Positions 36,716 through 48,349 of a DNA stretch of 64,000 bases are shown piece by piece. Every line of letters starts with the position of its first letter. Positions within the stretch are counted from its first letter, which is position 1. Both the position numbers and the translations under genes were made by a program. Source of the DNA: Scenedesmus sp. PABB004 (lineage: Eukaryota); NCBI GenBank assembly GCA_014905635.1, contig CM026547.1:186001-250000 (forward strand). Direction: 5' to 3'. The notes under the pieces are model-generated. The model was not told the DNA's origin and searched no databases. It saw only the letters and a program-made list of their open reading frames with translations.

Positions 36716-38870
36716 ATGGCGATGGAGCACGAGCCCATCGTGTTCAGCCTGGAGGCGGCGGAGGCGGAGAAGTCCGCGCTGGAGGAGGAGCGCGAGCTGC
36801 ACCGGCAGCGGTGCGCGCGCCGCCGCGCCGCGGAGCAGCGGAGCAGCGGCGCCCAGCGCCGCCGCCGCCGCCGCCCACGCCGCCGCTTACACGCCGCCGC
36901 CGCCGCCGCCGCCGCCGGGCGCGCAGCGCCGAGCGCTTTGGCACGGGCTACGTCGACCCCGCGAAGCTGCCCAAGTTTGCGCTCGAGGCGCGGCGCGAGC
37001 GCCAGCGGCGCGAGGGCTTTGCGACCGGGATCGATCTCTTCAGCGAGGTGACGCGCGGCGCCGCCACGGGGCACGCGGCGCGGCAGCGACGTGGCAGCGG
37101 CGCGGCAGCAGCGTAGCGGGGCGGCGTGGCCGCGGCGGGCGCAGCAGGCGCCGGCGGCGGCGGGGCGCGCCCGGCTCGCCGCCGCCGGGCCGCGCCGCGG
37201 GCCGAGCCGCGCCGCGCCGCCGCGCAGGAGGAGGCGGCCAAGCGCGCCGCGCGCGCGCTCAAGTTCGGGCTGCCCGAGGAGGCCGCGCCGGGCGCGGCGT
37301 ACACGCTCGACCCCGAGGAGGCCAAGCGCGCGGCGCGGGCCAAGAAGTTTGGCGTCGAGTACGCGCCGCCCAACCCCGACACGCTGCTGCAGAAGGCCGG
37401 TGCGCCACGAGCCCGGGCTGGGCGGCGCGCCGCGGCGCCACAAACGCCGTGAGCGCCGCCGCGGCGCCGCCGCCGATGCTTCCGCCGCCCGCGCGGCGCG
37501 TCGTCGCGCAGACCTGTTTGAGCCGCGCAAGGACGCGCCGCCGGACGTGCCGCGGCGCGAGGCGGCGATCTACCTGTATGGCGTGGACGTGATGAGCACG
37601 GCCGACTGCCTGGCCTACTTCGAGGACTATGGGCCCACGCTGGTGGAGTGGATCAACGACAGCAGCTGTGCGGCGGCGGCCGCGCGGCGCGGCGGGAAGG
37701 GGGCCGCGCGGCGCGGCGGGGGCTGCGCCTGCGGCGACGGGCGCGCGCTGAGCAACCGCTGAGCGCCCGCGCCCGCGCGCCGCGCAGGCTGCGTGGTGTT
37801 TGAGGACGGCGGCAGCGCGCGGCGCGCGATCGCGGGGACAGGGCACCCGCTCGCCGGCGAGGATGAGCTCGCGGCCGCGCCGGACGACATGGACGCCGCG
37901 ATGGGCGAGCTCGACGCCGCGGCGGCGATGCCGCTGCGGTGGCACAAGGGCCGCGACTTTGTCAAGGGCCGCGACGCGCGCGGCAAGGAGATCAAGGCGC
38001 GCAGCACGCAGCACGCAGCGCGCAGCACGCAGCGCCCCGCCGCGCGGCGTACGCTCGAGGTGGGGCGGCGGCGCGCGGCACGCGCCACATGGGCACCGCC
38101 GCGCCACGCGCCGCGCCGCGTCAGGTGCCGCTGATGTACCGCATGGCGACCGACCTTGACCAGAAGGACCCTCACGAGGAGAAGCGCAGCCGCTTCCTCT
38201 GGAAGGTGGGCGGGCGGGGCGGGGCTTAGGGCTTAGGGAAGCGCTCATGCGGCGGCTGACCCAGCGGCGCGGGCGGGGCGCTCGCGCCGCGCCGCGCCGC
38301 GCGCGAGCCGAGCGGAGCGCCGCGCGCGCGCGCCGCAGGGCAAGCGGCGGCGAGAGGAGGGCGGCCGTGCGCGGCGCCAGCGCGGCGACGGCGGCGGCGA
38401 GTGGGAGGACGCGGGCGGCTGGGAGGACGGCGGCGACGCGGAGATGCAGCAGGCGCGCGGGCGCAAGCGGCGCGCGCGCGGCAAGCGGCGCAAGGGCGCC
38501 GAGGGCGACGTCGACATGGCAGACGCGCAGCTGGTGAGCCGCCGTGGCGCTGCTGCCGCGCGCAGCCGGCGGCGCTGCTGCCGCAGCCCGCAGCAGGCGC
38601 GGCGGCGCTGCTGCCGCAGCCCGCGGCAGGCGCGGCGGCGCTGCTGCCGCAGCCCGCGGCAGGCGCGGCGGCGCTGCTGCCGCAGCCCGCGGCAGGCGCG
38701 GCGGCGCTGCTGCCGCAGCCCGCGGCAGGCGCGGCGGCGCTGCTGACGCACGCGCGCTGCGCCGCGCGCAGGACGGCGGCGGCGGCGGCCGGCCGGCGGA
38801 CGAGGGCTGGATCGAAGTGCCCCAGGACGAGCCGGCGGGCGCGGAGCCGGCGGCGGCCGAGGAGGGCTGA
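36716..38870 (+). CDS. NCBP3: Nuclear cap-binding protein subunit 3-like
   Basis: Repeated RA.RFG motifs, [62 protein letters not shown]. Confidence 0.85.
38568..38745. repeat. Intronic minisatellite, ~5.4 copies of a 33-bp unit (GGCGGCGCTGCTGCCGCAGCCCGCGGCAGGCGC)
   Basis: Directly visible tandem copies in the last NCBP3 intron; the first copy has one substitution. Confidence 0.9.
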
Positions 38871-39190
38871 CGCGCGCGCGTCGGAGGCGTTGGCGCGTGT
38901 TACGTTAACTCCTCGGCTCAAAATGAACGCTCGCAGGCTGGGCACGCGAGAGCGATGGTGCGAATGCAGAAGTCCAGCAGGCAGTGGCCGCCACACACTT
39001 CTTCTCCCGCTCCGTCCGGCACAGCCTGCGGCAGCACTCGCACCAACAGCAGCAGCAGCAGCAAGCGCCGGCAGCGGCGCCAGCAATCAACTCAGTGGGT
39101 GGGTGCCCGAGAACATGCACAAGCCTGTACTGAACGGTTGTTGTTTTGGTTTTCGCGCCAGCCAGCCAGTCCTCCGGGCCGCACCGCGGG

Positions 39191-39270
39191 CGGCAGCAGC
39201 CCCAACCCAACGCACGGGGCGCGGCAGCAGCCCCAACGCACGCGGCGCGGCAGCAGCAGCCCCAACGCAA
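39191..39270. repeat. Three degenerate tandem copies containing GCAGCAGCCCCAAC
   Basis: Directly visible in intergenic DNA. Confidence 0.7.
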
Positions 39271-40565
39271 GTGCGTGTGCTCCGTCGCTCACTCGCGCCG
39301 GCAGGCGCCCCCCGCGGCGGCCCACTGACGCCCCACGCGCGCTCTGTGCGCGCCCCCGAAACCATGGCGTCACGCTCTGCGTGCTCGCTCTCGCTGCCCC
39401 CCCCCCCCCGCACCCACCCCACCCCTCAAGCCCCCCTTTCGTCCGAGCAGCAGCAGCAGCAACAACCCACGACGCGAGCCCGCCCGCCTGGTCAAACGGT
39501 GCCGCCCCCGCCTGGTCAAACCTGGTGGTCAGCTAGTCAACGGCAGCCGGCCTCCGCAGGGGAGGGAGGCGACAGCGTAGGTTAGCGCGCGCGCGCAATT
39601 GGTGCCCGCGCGCGGATGCGCGCCGGGTCGGGTCTCCAGGCGCGGCCACGGCCGCGCCAGCAGCCCCACAGCCTGCAGGGCAGCCGCCTCGTGCGGCGGC
39701 GTTGCCCTGCGGCCCCAGGCGTCCCGGCATTGGCTGGGGCGCCCGGGCGTGGAGCAGAGAGGAAGCCCTGCGGCCCTCACTCATGCCTGTGGCGGCGCAT
39801 GCTTCCGCGCCGCGGCAGCAAGTGAGATGGCACGCGTGCCTAAACAGCCGCCCGCCCAAATAATTCACCTCCCCTCCCACACACACCGCAGCAGGCGCCC
39901 ACACTGTGCCACCCCACACACCATCCCCTGAGGGGTTCTTTAAATTATTCCCTGTCGCGCCCCAGGCGCTGCCAGACAAATCTTCGGCGCTCTGGCCCGG
40001 GGAGCCAAAGAAGCGCACGCAGGAAGCACCACACGCGCGGCGCTGGGCGCGCTGCGGCGGCGGCGGCGTGGCCGGCCCGCGACGTTGGCGGCGCGCGCGC
40101 CGCGGCGGCGGGGGCGTGGGCTGCACGCCGCCGCCGCCGCGGGCGTCGCAAAAAAACCGCGCCACGCCCCGCCGGCGCGCCCCTAGGAGTACACGGCGCC
40201 CACGCAGAGAGGCCCCCTCCCCAGCACGACGTGCCTCGCGGCACGTGGGCGGCGCAGCCTGAGCGCGCCGCCTTCCGACAGATCCCACACCCCGAGCAGC
40301 CGGGCGGGCGCCCGGCATTGGCCGCGCGCGCCGCCCGCCGCCACACACGCCGCCCCCCACGCGCCCACGCACGCACCATTGCCCGCCGGCCCCGCCCCCG
40401 CGGGGTTGGCGCCGCCGCCGTCGGTCGTCCGCCGTCGGTTGTCCGCCGGGATTCTTCACGCCGCGCTGCGTCGCTCGCAACGGCGCGTCAGGACCAGGCG
40501 CGGGCGTTGCCGCGCGGTCAGGGCTCGGCGCCACCGGCTCAGGCCAGGCGGCCAGGGCTCAGGGC

Positions 40566-41641
40566 TCAGGACCAGGGCTCCTTGGTGTAGGGGTTTGCGC
40601 CGCGCAGCGTCGCGATCGGGCGCAGCGTAAAGCTGTCGAGCCCGGCCGTCCACGCGGGCGGCCAGACCTCCTTGTAGTTCATGCTCCGCATGAGCGACGC
40701 GCACTTGTCGTGGCTCCAGCCCTCGCACGGCACCCACTGCCAGTCCGCGTTCCACGCGCCGACGGTCTCGGGGCTGATCGCGGTCGACCGCATCGCGTCG
40801 GGGTCGCGGAAGCCGCGCAGGCCGTCCTTGGCGTTGACGTACGGCGCAAAGGGGTTGTTGCCCGACGCCTTGGGGTCAAACGGCGCCCACGAGAAGGGCC
40901 GGTCCTGCAGGATGTCGATGTGGTCGTCGTCGCACTCCGCGCAGCGGTCGCCGACCTGTTTTGTCGGGCGGCGCGCGGGGGCGCGGGCGGCGCGGCGCGG
41001 GGTCTGGCGGCGCACGCGCGCGGCCGGCCGCCGCACGCGGTGCGTCCGCCGCGAGCGGTGCGTCCGCGCCCCGCGCGTCCGGCCGAGCGCGCGGCGCGCA
41101 CCTTGGCGAGGAAGGTGAGGCCGACGTGCTTGCGCGCCTGCTCGGTCTGCAGGCCGCTGTTGAACTTGTCGTCCGCGCCGTGCAGCCGCACGCACATGCA
41201 CTGCCCGCACGCGCCGCCGTCGGCCGCCCAGCCGCCCTGGTAGGTCTTGAGGTACTTGCTCGACACCGCAACCATCGCGGCGTCGTCACTGCCGCGCAGG
41301 ACCTTGTTACACGCGGCCTTGTGCTCGGGCGACGAGCCGTAGATTGGCCCGCGGTAGATCGTGGCGCGGCCAAACTTGAGGCACTGCTGCGCGCGCTTGC
41401 TCGGCGGCGTCGGCCACAGCCCCATCGGCCCCTGCTTGCACCAGTGCGAGTTGGGGACGAGCCACTGCTCCATCGCGCCCGTGCAGCGCCCCCAGTCGCG
41501 CGGGGCGGTCGGCGACTGGTCGGCGCCGCCCGCGTCGGGCACCTCGCGGCACGGCGAGCCCGCCGCCGCGGCGCCCGCCGCCGCCGCCACCAGCGTGGCC
41601 GCCAGGCAGAGCCCGGCCGACAGGCGGCGAGGGCGCATCAT
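40566..41641 (-). CDS. Secreted expansin-like / RlpA-type double-psi beta-barrel (DPBB) protein, 2 exons
   Basis: Signal peptide; GRATIY, AAC, MVAVSS, GGACGQCMCVR, K|VGDRCAECDDDHIDI, WQWVPC are hallmark expansin D1/DPBB patterns. Intron ~40956-41101. Confidence 0.8.
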
Positions 41642-42512
41642 GCTGCTCTGCGCCTGCTGAGCCCTGCGGCTGCGGGGCGGCGGCGTGCCCAACGGTGGCG
41701 GCGGCCGGGTCAGTCAGACTGGGCACGCGCGCGCTACAGGCGGGTCGCCCCGGTCCGGGGGCCATGTCGAGCCTGGTCACAGCCTCCGGGCGCGGCGCCG
41801 GCCCGGCAGGGCTGCCAGGCGCGCGGGGGGCGGTGGTCGGGCGGGCGCCATTCTTGACCCCGCCCAACCACCTCCAGGGCGCGACGGCCCGGGCTGCGCT
41901 GCGCTGCTTCGTGCATGAAAGGACGCTGATCGCCCGCTGGACGGGCGCTGCGGGGCTGTTGGTGCCCAGGCTGGCTGCTGCTGCTGCTGGCGCGCGGTGT
42001 GATGGCCGCCGGCGAGCAGCCGCCCCAGGCCCCGGCGCGCGCGGCATGGCCCGATCAGGCACTCACGAGTTGCTTGCTGGTCGCCGCTTTGCCGCCGCGT
42101 GCTGCGCGGAGGTGGTTGTGCCGCCTGGCCGCAGGAGGGCGCAGCGGAGGCCTGGCTAGAGAGGGAGTCGCTAGGAGTGGCGCGGCGGAGACTGGGGAGC
42201 GGGCCGGACCCGGCGGCGGCGTCAAACCGCGCGGCATAAGCGCAGGGAAGCCGCTCGCCATCAGTCAGACACGGTCGGGCCTTTGAAAATGGCCGCCAGC
42301 TGCGCCCCGCGGGGCCAGGGACGACGCCGACTCGCCGAAAGCCGTCAACTGCGCGGCGCCCGGCGCGGCGACGCGGCAGCCTCACCGGCCGCCGCCGCCA
42401 CACCAGCAGCGGCGGCCGGTCACCGGTGACCACCGCCGCTGCTGCTGCACGCCGCCGCTCACTCAATCCCAGCTCAGTGCGCCGCTGCTGCGCCGCCGCC
42501 GCTCACCCAATC

Positions 42513-44284
42513 TCAGCGCCGCAGCTCCTCAGCGAGGAAGCGCGCCGCGTACTCGCTGCCCTCCGCGACGACCCAGAACAGGGGCACGCCGGGGACCGCG
42601 TGGCCGGGCTCGAGCAACACCTCGCGCAGCGTGCGGCCCTCGTCCACGGCGACCCAGCGCGACGCGCCCGCGCCGTAGCGCCGCGGGCCCGCGGCGCCGC
42701 CGCGCGGCGCGTCGGGCCACTCGCCGTGCATCGCCGCCACCAGCTGCTCCTGCGCGGCGGCGGCGGCGGCGGCGGCGGCCGTCGCGCGCGGGCGGCGCGG
42801 CCCTGCGCCGCCGGCCGCGCGCGGCGGGGCGGCGGGGCGCGGCCCTGAGGCTGCGGCCGCGCGGCCACGCGCCTGGCCGAGCGGCGCGCCCGCGTTGCTG
42901 AGGTAGTGCAGCCGCACGCGGCGCCGGCTGTACTCGCCGGCGGCGTCCCACTCCAGCGGCGGCGCATCGGGGCCAAACATCTGCGCAACGCGGCGGTGTC
43001 GCGGCGGTCGCGCGGCCGCTGAGGCGCCGCGCCGCGCCGCGCCGCGCCGCGCCGTGCATGCAGCAGCACAGGCGCGGCAGCACAGGCGCGGCCGGCCGCT
43101 GCCAGCGCTGCGCACCACGTCGAGGTGGTCTGCCACCGTGCTGTCCTCGTGCCAGTCCTCCACCACGTCCTGCTGCCCCGTCTCGGGGAACATTAGCATC
43201 ACCGGCCAGTGCACCGCGCCCTCCGCGTCCAGGCGCGGACGCTTGGCGCCGACCTGGCGCACGTCGGCGCGCGGGGCGTGAGCCGCCGCGCCGGCGCGCC
43301 GTGGCGCGCGGCAGCCGCTGAGGGCGCGGCAGCCGCTGCGGGCGTGCCGCCCGGCGGGCCGCGCACCTGCACCTCTGGCAGCGTCAGCCGGTACCCCTTG
43401 AGCGCCAGCGCCGCCGCGAGCTTGCGCGCCGGCGCGAGCGCCGCCTCGCGCGCCGCCGCCTGCGCCGCGAGCTGGTCCTCGTGCCGCCGCCGCGCGGCGC
43501 CGAGCTCCTGCTGCACCTGCAGCAGCTCCTGCCCCGCCGGGTCGGCCGCGAGCCCCGCCGCGAGCAGCTCCTCGCAGCGCGCCCACTCGCCGAGCTTCAG
43601 CGCCGCGCGCGCGCCCCTGAACGTGGCCTTGGCGTTGCCCGGGTCCAGGCGCAGCGCGGCGCTGCTGTCCTGCAGTGCGCTGCGCCAGTTGCCTGCGGCG
43701 GCGCGGCGCGCCGCGGCGGCCGCGCGGGCGCGCGGTCGGCGGCCGGCCGGCGCCGGCTGCTGCCGGCCGCCGGGCGCGCGCCCGGCCGCCGCCGCGACCG
43801 CCGCCCGGCCGGCCCCGCGCGCGCACCGAGCAGCGAGTTGACGTGGCAGCGGTTGTTGTGCAGCGCCGCGTTGACCGCGGCGTCGCCGCAGCGCAGCGCG
43901 AGGCCCTTGTCGTAAAACTCGATCGCCTCGCGCAGCAGCAGCCGGTTCTTCGCCTTCAGCCCCACGCGCAGCTTGCCGTTGCCCTGCGTCTGCGCGCGCG
44001 GGCGGGCGCCGCACGTCGGCGCGGCCGCCGCGCGTCGGCGCCGCCGGCCGCGCACCGTGCGCCGCGCCGGCGCCCCGCCCGAGTCCGCGCGCCTTGAAGT
44101 TCTCCGCCCGCTCCTCCGGCGTCGACTCCTCGGCCAGCGCCTGCAGCGCAACGTAGTCCGGGTGCTCCTCGGCATTGTCCGGCATGGACTCCCAGAAGAG
44201 CGCCGGCAGCGCGGCGTCGTTGGCGTCGGCGCCCCCGCCGCCCCGGCGCTGCGGCGGCGCGTCCTCGTCGTCGGAGGACGACAT
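42513..44284 (-). CDS. TTC4: TPR co-chaperone TTC4/Cns1 homolog
   Basis: ALQALAEESTPEERAENFK-QGN, AIEFYDKGL, LHNNRCHVNSLLGNWRSALQD, KATFRGARA, and C-terminal wheel domain VHWPVMLMFPETGQQDVVEDWHEDSTVADHLDVMFG..PPLEWD. Confidence 0.9.
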
Positions 44285-44825
44285 GGCGCCCGCCGCGCCG
44301 CCGCGCTGCGAGTGGCCGGTGGCCGGCGGGCTGCGGCTGCGCGGCCGGGCGGGGCAGCCGCGGCAGCGGCGGCAGCGGCGGCAGCGGCGGCGGCGGCGGC
44401 GCTCGGCGGCTGCTGTGCTGCGGCGGCGGCTGGTGCGGTGCGGCGGCGCGTTGGCGAGTGGAGAGTGGGGCGCGGCACGGCCCAAGCTGCCGCGGCTTCG
44501 GTTGAGCCCTCGCCTACCCGGCCGCCTGCTGCTGCTGCGGCGGCTGCTCCAGGAGCGCCGCTCGCGCCGCCCGCCACAGTCCCGCATGCGCACCGCCACC
44601 GCACCCACGATCTGCGAACGCCCGTGACTCGCGCGCGTTCCGGCCGCGCCACCGCGGGCGCGTCTGCTGCGCGCAATTGATTGGCCAACTGCACTGCTCG
44701 CCGGCCTCGCTGCTCGCCCGCACGCTCAGGCCCGGCAGTGCCCACGGTGACCTCCCTCGCGCCCAGCAGGCGGACGCACCCGGACGCGCCCCGCGGCGCC
44801 ACGCGGCAGCAGCAGCAGCGGCGCG

Positions 44826-45215
44826 ATGCAGCGCCCGGCGGCGGCGCGGCTGCTGGCGGCGGCGCGCGGCCTGCTGGCGGCCCCGCAGCAGATGCAGATG
44901 TGGCAGGCGCAGCTGCAGCTGCAGCAGCAGCTGCCCTGCCTGGGGGCGGCGACGGCAGCGCCGCAGCAGCAGCACGCTCGGGGCATGTCGGTCGTCGTCG
45001 ACGTGTCGCGCAACAACGTCGACCGCGCGTACGCGCAGCTCAACAAGCACTTCCGCGACGCCGGCATGGCGGCGGAGCTGCGCAAGCGCGACCACCGCAG
45101 GACGAGCGCGGAGCTCAAGTTTGCGGCCGCGCGCGCGGCGCACAACAAGCGCGTGGGCGTGCTCATCAGCGACCGGCTCAAGTGGGTGGTGCGGCGGCGG
45201 AAGCTCAAGATCTGA
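44826..45215 (+). CDS. Mitochondrial ribosomal protein bS21-like, intronless
   Basis: Presequence-like N-terminus ending QQHARG, then VVVDVSRNNVDRAYAQLNKHFRDAGMAAELRKRDHRRTSAELK, matching the S21 pattern. Confidence 0.75.
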   Translation: MQRPAAARLLAAARGLLAAPQQMQMWQAQLQLQQQLPCLGAATAAPQQQHARGMSVVVDVSRNNVDRAYAQLNKHFRDAGMAAELRKRDHRRTSAELKFAAARAAHNKRVGVLISDRLKWVVRRRKLKI

Positions 45216-45451
45216 GCAGGCCGCGCCGGCCGCCCAGGGGGAAGGGCGTGCGGGGCAGAGAGCACGGCGGGCGCTGCTGGGGTAACCTCGCGTTGCCGGC
45301 GAGGCCTCGCCGCCGCGCGTTCCAGTGCAGCGAGCGCAGCGGCGCCGCGCCCCGCTCTGTTCGTCTCTGACCCCCCTCCACTCTTCCTGCTCGCGCGTTG
45401 ACTGCCGGTCGCGGCCGGCCGGCCCCGGGCGCAGTGAGCAGCGCCGCCGCC

Positions 45452-47852
45452 TCACTGCCGCACGCGCGACTTGAGCTCGGCGGCGATCACCGCGCGCACG
45501 TCGCCGCACGCGCTGTCGGGGATGCGCTCCGGCGCGCCCTGGTCCAGCACGTCTGCAAACTCCTCCGTGAGCTCCTGCGCGCGCGGCGCAGCGGCCAGCC
45601 GGGGTCGGCAGCGCCGGGCGGCACACACAGCTGCCCGGGCGAGGCGGGTCGGCCGCGCGACGGGCGTGGCAGGCGCCGCCGCCCTGCGCGGCGCGGGGCC
45701 GCCCCTGCGGGCGCACCAGGAACACGTCGTCCATGCCGCTGCCGTCGAATGGCATCTCCGACGACGCCTGCGCGCCGCGCGCACGCGGCGGCCGCCCGCG
45801 GCGGTTGACCGCCGCAGCGGTCCCAGGCGGCGGTCTCCCGCCGCCGCGCGGCGGCCCCGGGTGGCAGTCCGCCGCTGCCGCGGCGCAGTCCCCGCGCCGC
45901 ACCTGCACGCCGAGCAGCAGGCGGCAGATGACGGCAAAGACGCAGGCGGCCACGTAGGGCGCGGGGCAGGCGCCGTCGGGGCCGAGGTCGTGCGCGTCGC
46001 ACGTGCCGACGTGGCGGAAGTACGGCCCCAGCAGCAGGGCCCCCAGGTAGATCAGCAGCGAGCAGCAGTGCCGCAGCATGAATGGCGTGCGGTAGATCTG
46101 CGCGGCGCGCCGGCGGCGCGGTGAGCCGCGCGCGCGCGCGCGGCAGGGGCTCGCTGCGCGCGGCCCGCGCGGGGTCAGCGCGCGGGGTCGGTGCCACGAG
46201 TGCTGCTGGCCGCGCCGCGCCGCGCCTTGATGAGCCGCAGCTGCTCCGTCTGGGCCATGAGGTAGCGAAAGTATTGGCTCGTGCGGCTCATGCCGCCCTC
46301 GCCTGCGGCGGTGCGCCGCGCCGCGCCGCGCGCCGCGCGTCGCCGCGGGCGGCGCGCCGGCGTCCCGCGCGCCCCCCTGCGCCAGCCCCCGCCGCGTGGC
46401 GAGGGAGGGGCGCCGCCCCGCGCGCCCCGCACTGCCCCGGGGCGCACCGCCTTTCGAGTAGCCCGCCTTGAACCCCAGCAGCTCGTTCATCACGCTCATG
46501 CGACTCAGCGACCGGTACACGCCCACCAGGTGCCTGCGCGCGCGGCCGGCGTCGGCAGGCGGCGGCGTGGGCAGGCGGGGCGCGGGCGTCGACGCGGGGC
46601 GAGGCGGGCGCGGCGCGCGGCGCCGGCGTGCGCGCCTGTGGCCGGGCAGGCTGCGGTTGACGTGCTGCACGCGGCCGATGAAGCTCTCGGTCAGCGCCTC
46701 GGGGTCGGGGTGCAGCTGCGTCTCGCCCAGCAGCAGCCCCGCCGCCAGCCGGGGGCGCAGCACGCTCAGCCGCGCCTCGGACAGCGACTCGTAGCCCTCT
46801 GTGTGCGCCGGCGCAGCGCTCGGGGCGGCGCGCCGCCGTCACGGGCGCTGCGGCGGGCGCGGCGCCGCGGCGGGCGCGGCGCGGCGGCGCACCGTGCGTC
46901 GTGAGGTAGGCCTGCAGGTGGGTCAAAAACTCCATGGCGACGTTGGCAAACTGCGGGCAAGCAGCAGGGGGTCGGCGGCGCACCGGGCGCCGACGGCCGG
47001 GCGCGCCGGCCGGGCGCTGCGCGGTCGCTGGCCCCCGCGCCCCCGCGGCGCCAGCGGGCGGCGCACCTCCACCGCCCACGCGTGGCGGTCGTCGCCGAGC
47101 GAGGCTGGGTAGCTGCCGTCCTGCGCGTCGGCGGGGCCCCGGCCCCGCGGGTCGGCTCCCGCCGGGCAGCACGCGACGGCGCGGCCGCTCGCGGCGGCGG
47201 CACCGCGGCCTTTGCCGCGGGCCGCACACGCGCGCCCCAGCGCACCTGGACCCAGTCGCGGTGCATCCAGTACATGGCCACCACGGACGCCTTGAGCTCG
47301 CCCAGCATCATCAGCGCGCGCTCGCGCCTGCGCCCCGCCCGCGGCGCCGCTCGGCGCCACTGGGCTGGCTGCACGGCCGCCGCCACTGGGCCGCGCCGCG
47401 CACACCGCCGCGCCGCACCGCGTGAAGGACTGGGTCAGGTTGAGCGTGAGCGGCAGGGAAATGGAGAGGCTGACGAGCGAGAAGTCGATGTTGATCGGCG
47501 ACAGCCCGAGCCAGCCCGCCGCCCACACGCTGGCGCACGACAGGCTGCACAGGAGCAGCGTGTGCACGTTGAAGCAGTAAGCCGCCGCCCGCACCAGGCG
47601 CCGCGCCTCACGGCCCAAGCTCCCCTGCGCCATGGCGCCACCCCGTAGAGCGGCGCACTGCTGCGGCTGCGCGGCACCCGCGGCGGCGGCGTCGCCGCTG
47701 CTGCTCCGCGCCCGGTGTGTCGCGACGCGCCCGGCGCTGCGCAGCTGCGGTGACTCTCGCGCGTTCGTCCCTGTCCCGCTTGGTAGGCAGCGCAGCGCAC
47801 TTGGCCAGCGAGGGCGCGGCAGTGCGCCGGGCACACGGTCCCGCGAGAGCAT
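45452..47852 (-). CDS. Bestrophin-like membrane protein, multi-exon
   Basis: TM pair followed by SLPLTLNLTQSFTRRERAL..LGELKA; later IYRTPFMLR plus TM pair and SEMPFDGSGMDDV (bestrophin-like TP..Y and E.PF..DD signatures). Start is 47852 or 47633. Confidence 0.7.
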
Positions 47853-48196
47853 CACGGCACGGGGGCGCAAAAACCCGCCCGCGCGGCTTCGGCGTGAAGG
47901 GCGCGACCGCACAGCGGCTATCGCCTGTTCGCGCCGCCCGCCCGCGCTGCGGCGACGGTCAACGGCGGCACGCGGCGCGGCGCGGCGACCGATCGCCCGG
48001 CCGGCGCGGCGCGGGGACCGCGGCGGGCCGGCGAGCCCCTGTTTATTACTGCGGTGCCTGCACCCGCAACGCAACAACTCACCAACCGCGCCCCCGGTCA
48101 CGCGCGCACCAGGCTTCCCCCGCCGCGGCTGCGCGGCGTGCGCGCCGGCGACCGCCGCGCCGCCCCCGCCGCCCGCCTCGCGCAGCGCGGCGCCGC

Positions 48197-48349
48197 CTAG
48201 GCGGTGGGGTAGTCCTTGGCGCTCTTGTGGCGGTTGCAGCGGGGCTCGCCGTTGACGATAGAGGTGGTCATGACCTTGCACTGCTGATCGGTCGTCTTGG
48301 TCATCGCCACGCACTGCTCGGCGGGGCGGTCGCTCTTCTTGGGCGCCAT
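48197..48349 (-). CDS. 50-aa C-x10-C-x13-C-x2-H zinc-finger-like microprotein (left copy)
   Basis: CACCGCCATGG start right after an acceptor; MAPKKSDRPAEQCVAMTKTTDQQCKVMTTSIVNGEPRCNRHKSAKDYPTA*; alignable with the right copy. Confidence 0.75.
   Translation of the reverse strand: MAPKKSDRPAEQCVAMTKTTDQQCKVMTTSIVNGEPRCNRHKSAKDYPTA

Noticed and set aside
38568..38745. 33-bp repeats as a CRISPR array
   Set aside because: Head-to-tail copies with no spacers, inside a eukaryotic intron, and no cas genes.
10997..38870. Clustering of RNA/protein-processing genes (DDX46, METTL18, TRM2A-like, NAA10, NCBP3) as a functional gene cluster
   Set aside because: Common housekeeping classes in mixed orientation, interspersed with unrelated genes; no evidence beyond chance.
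42040..42300. Possible structured ncRNA upstream of the expansin-like gene
   Set aside because: No SRP, RNase P/MRP, snRNA or telomerase-template motif recognised; compatible with UTR/promoter sequence.
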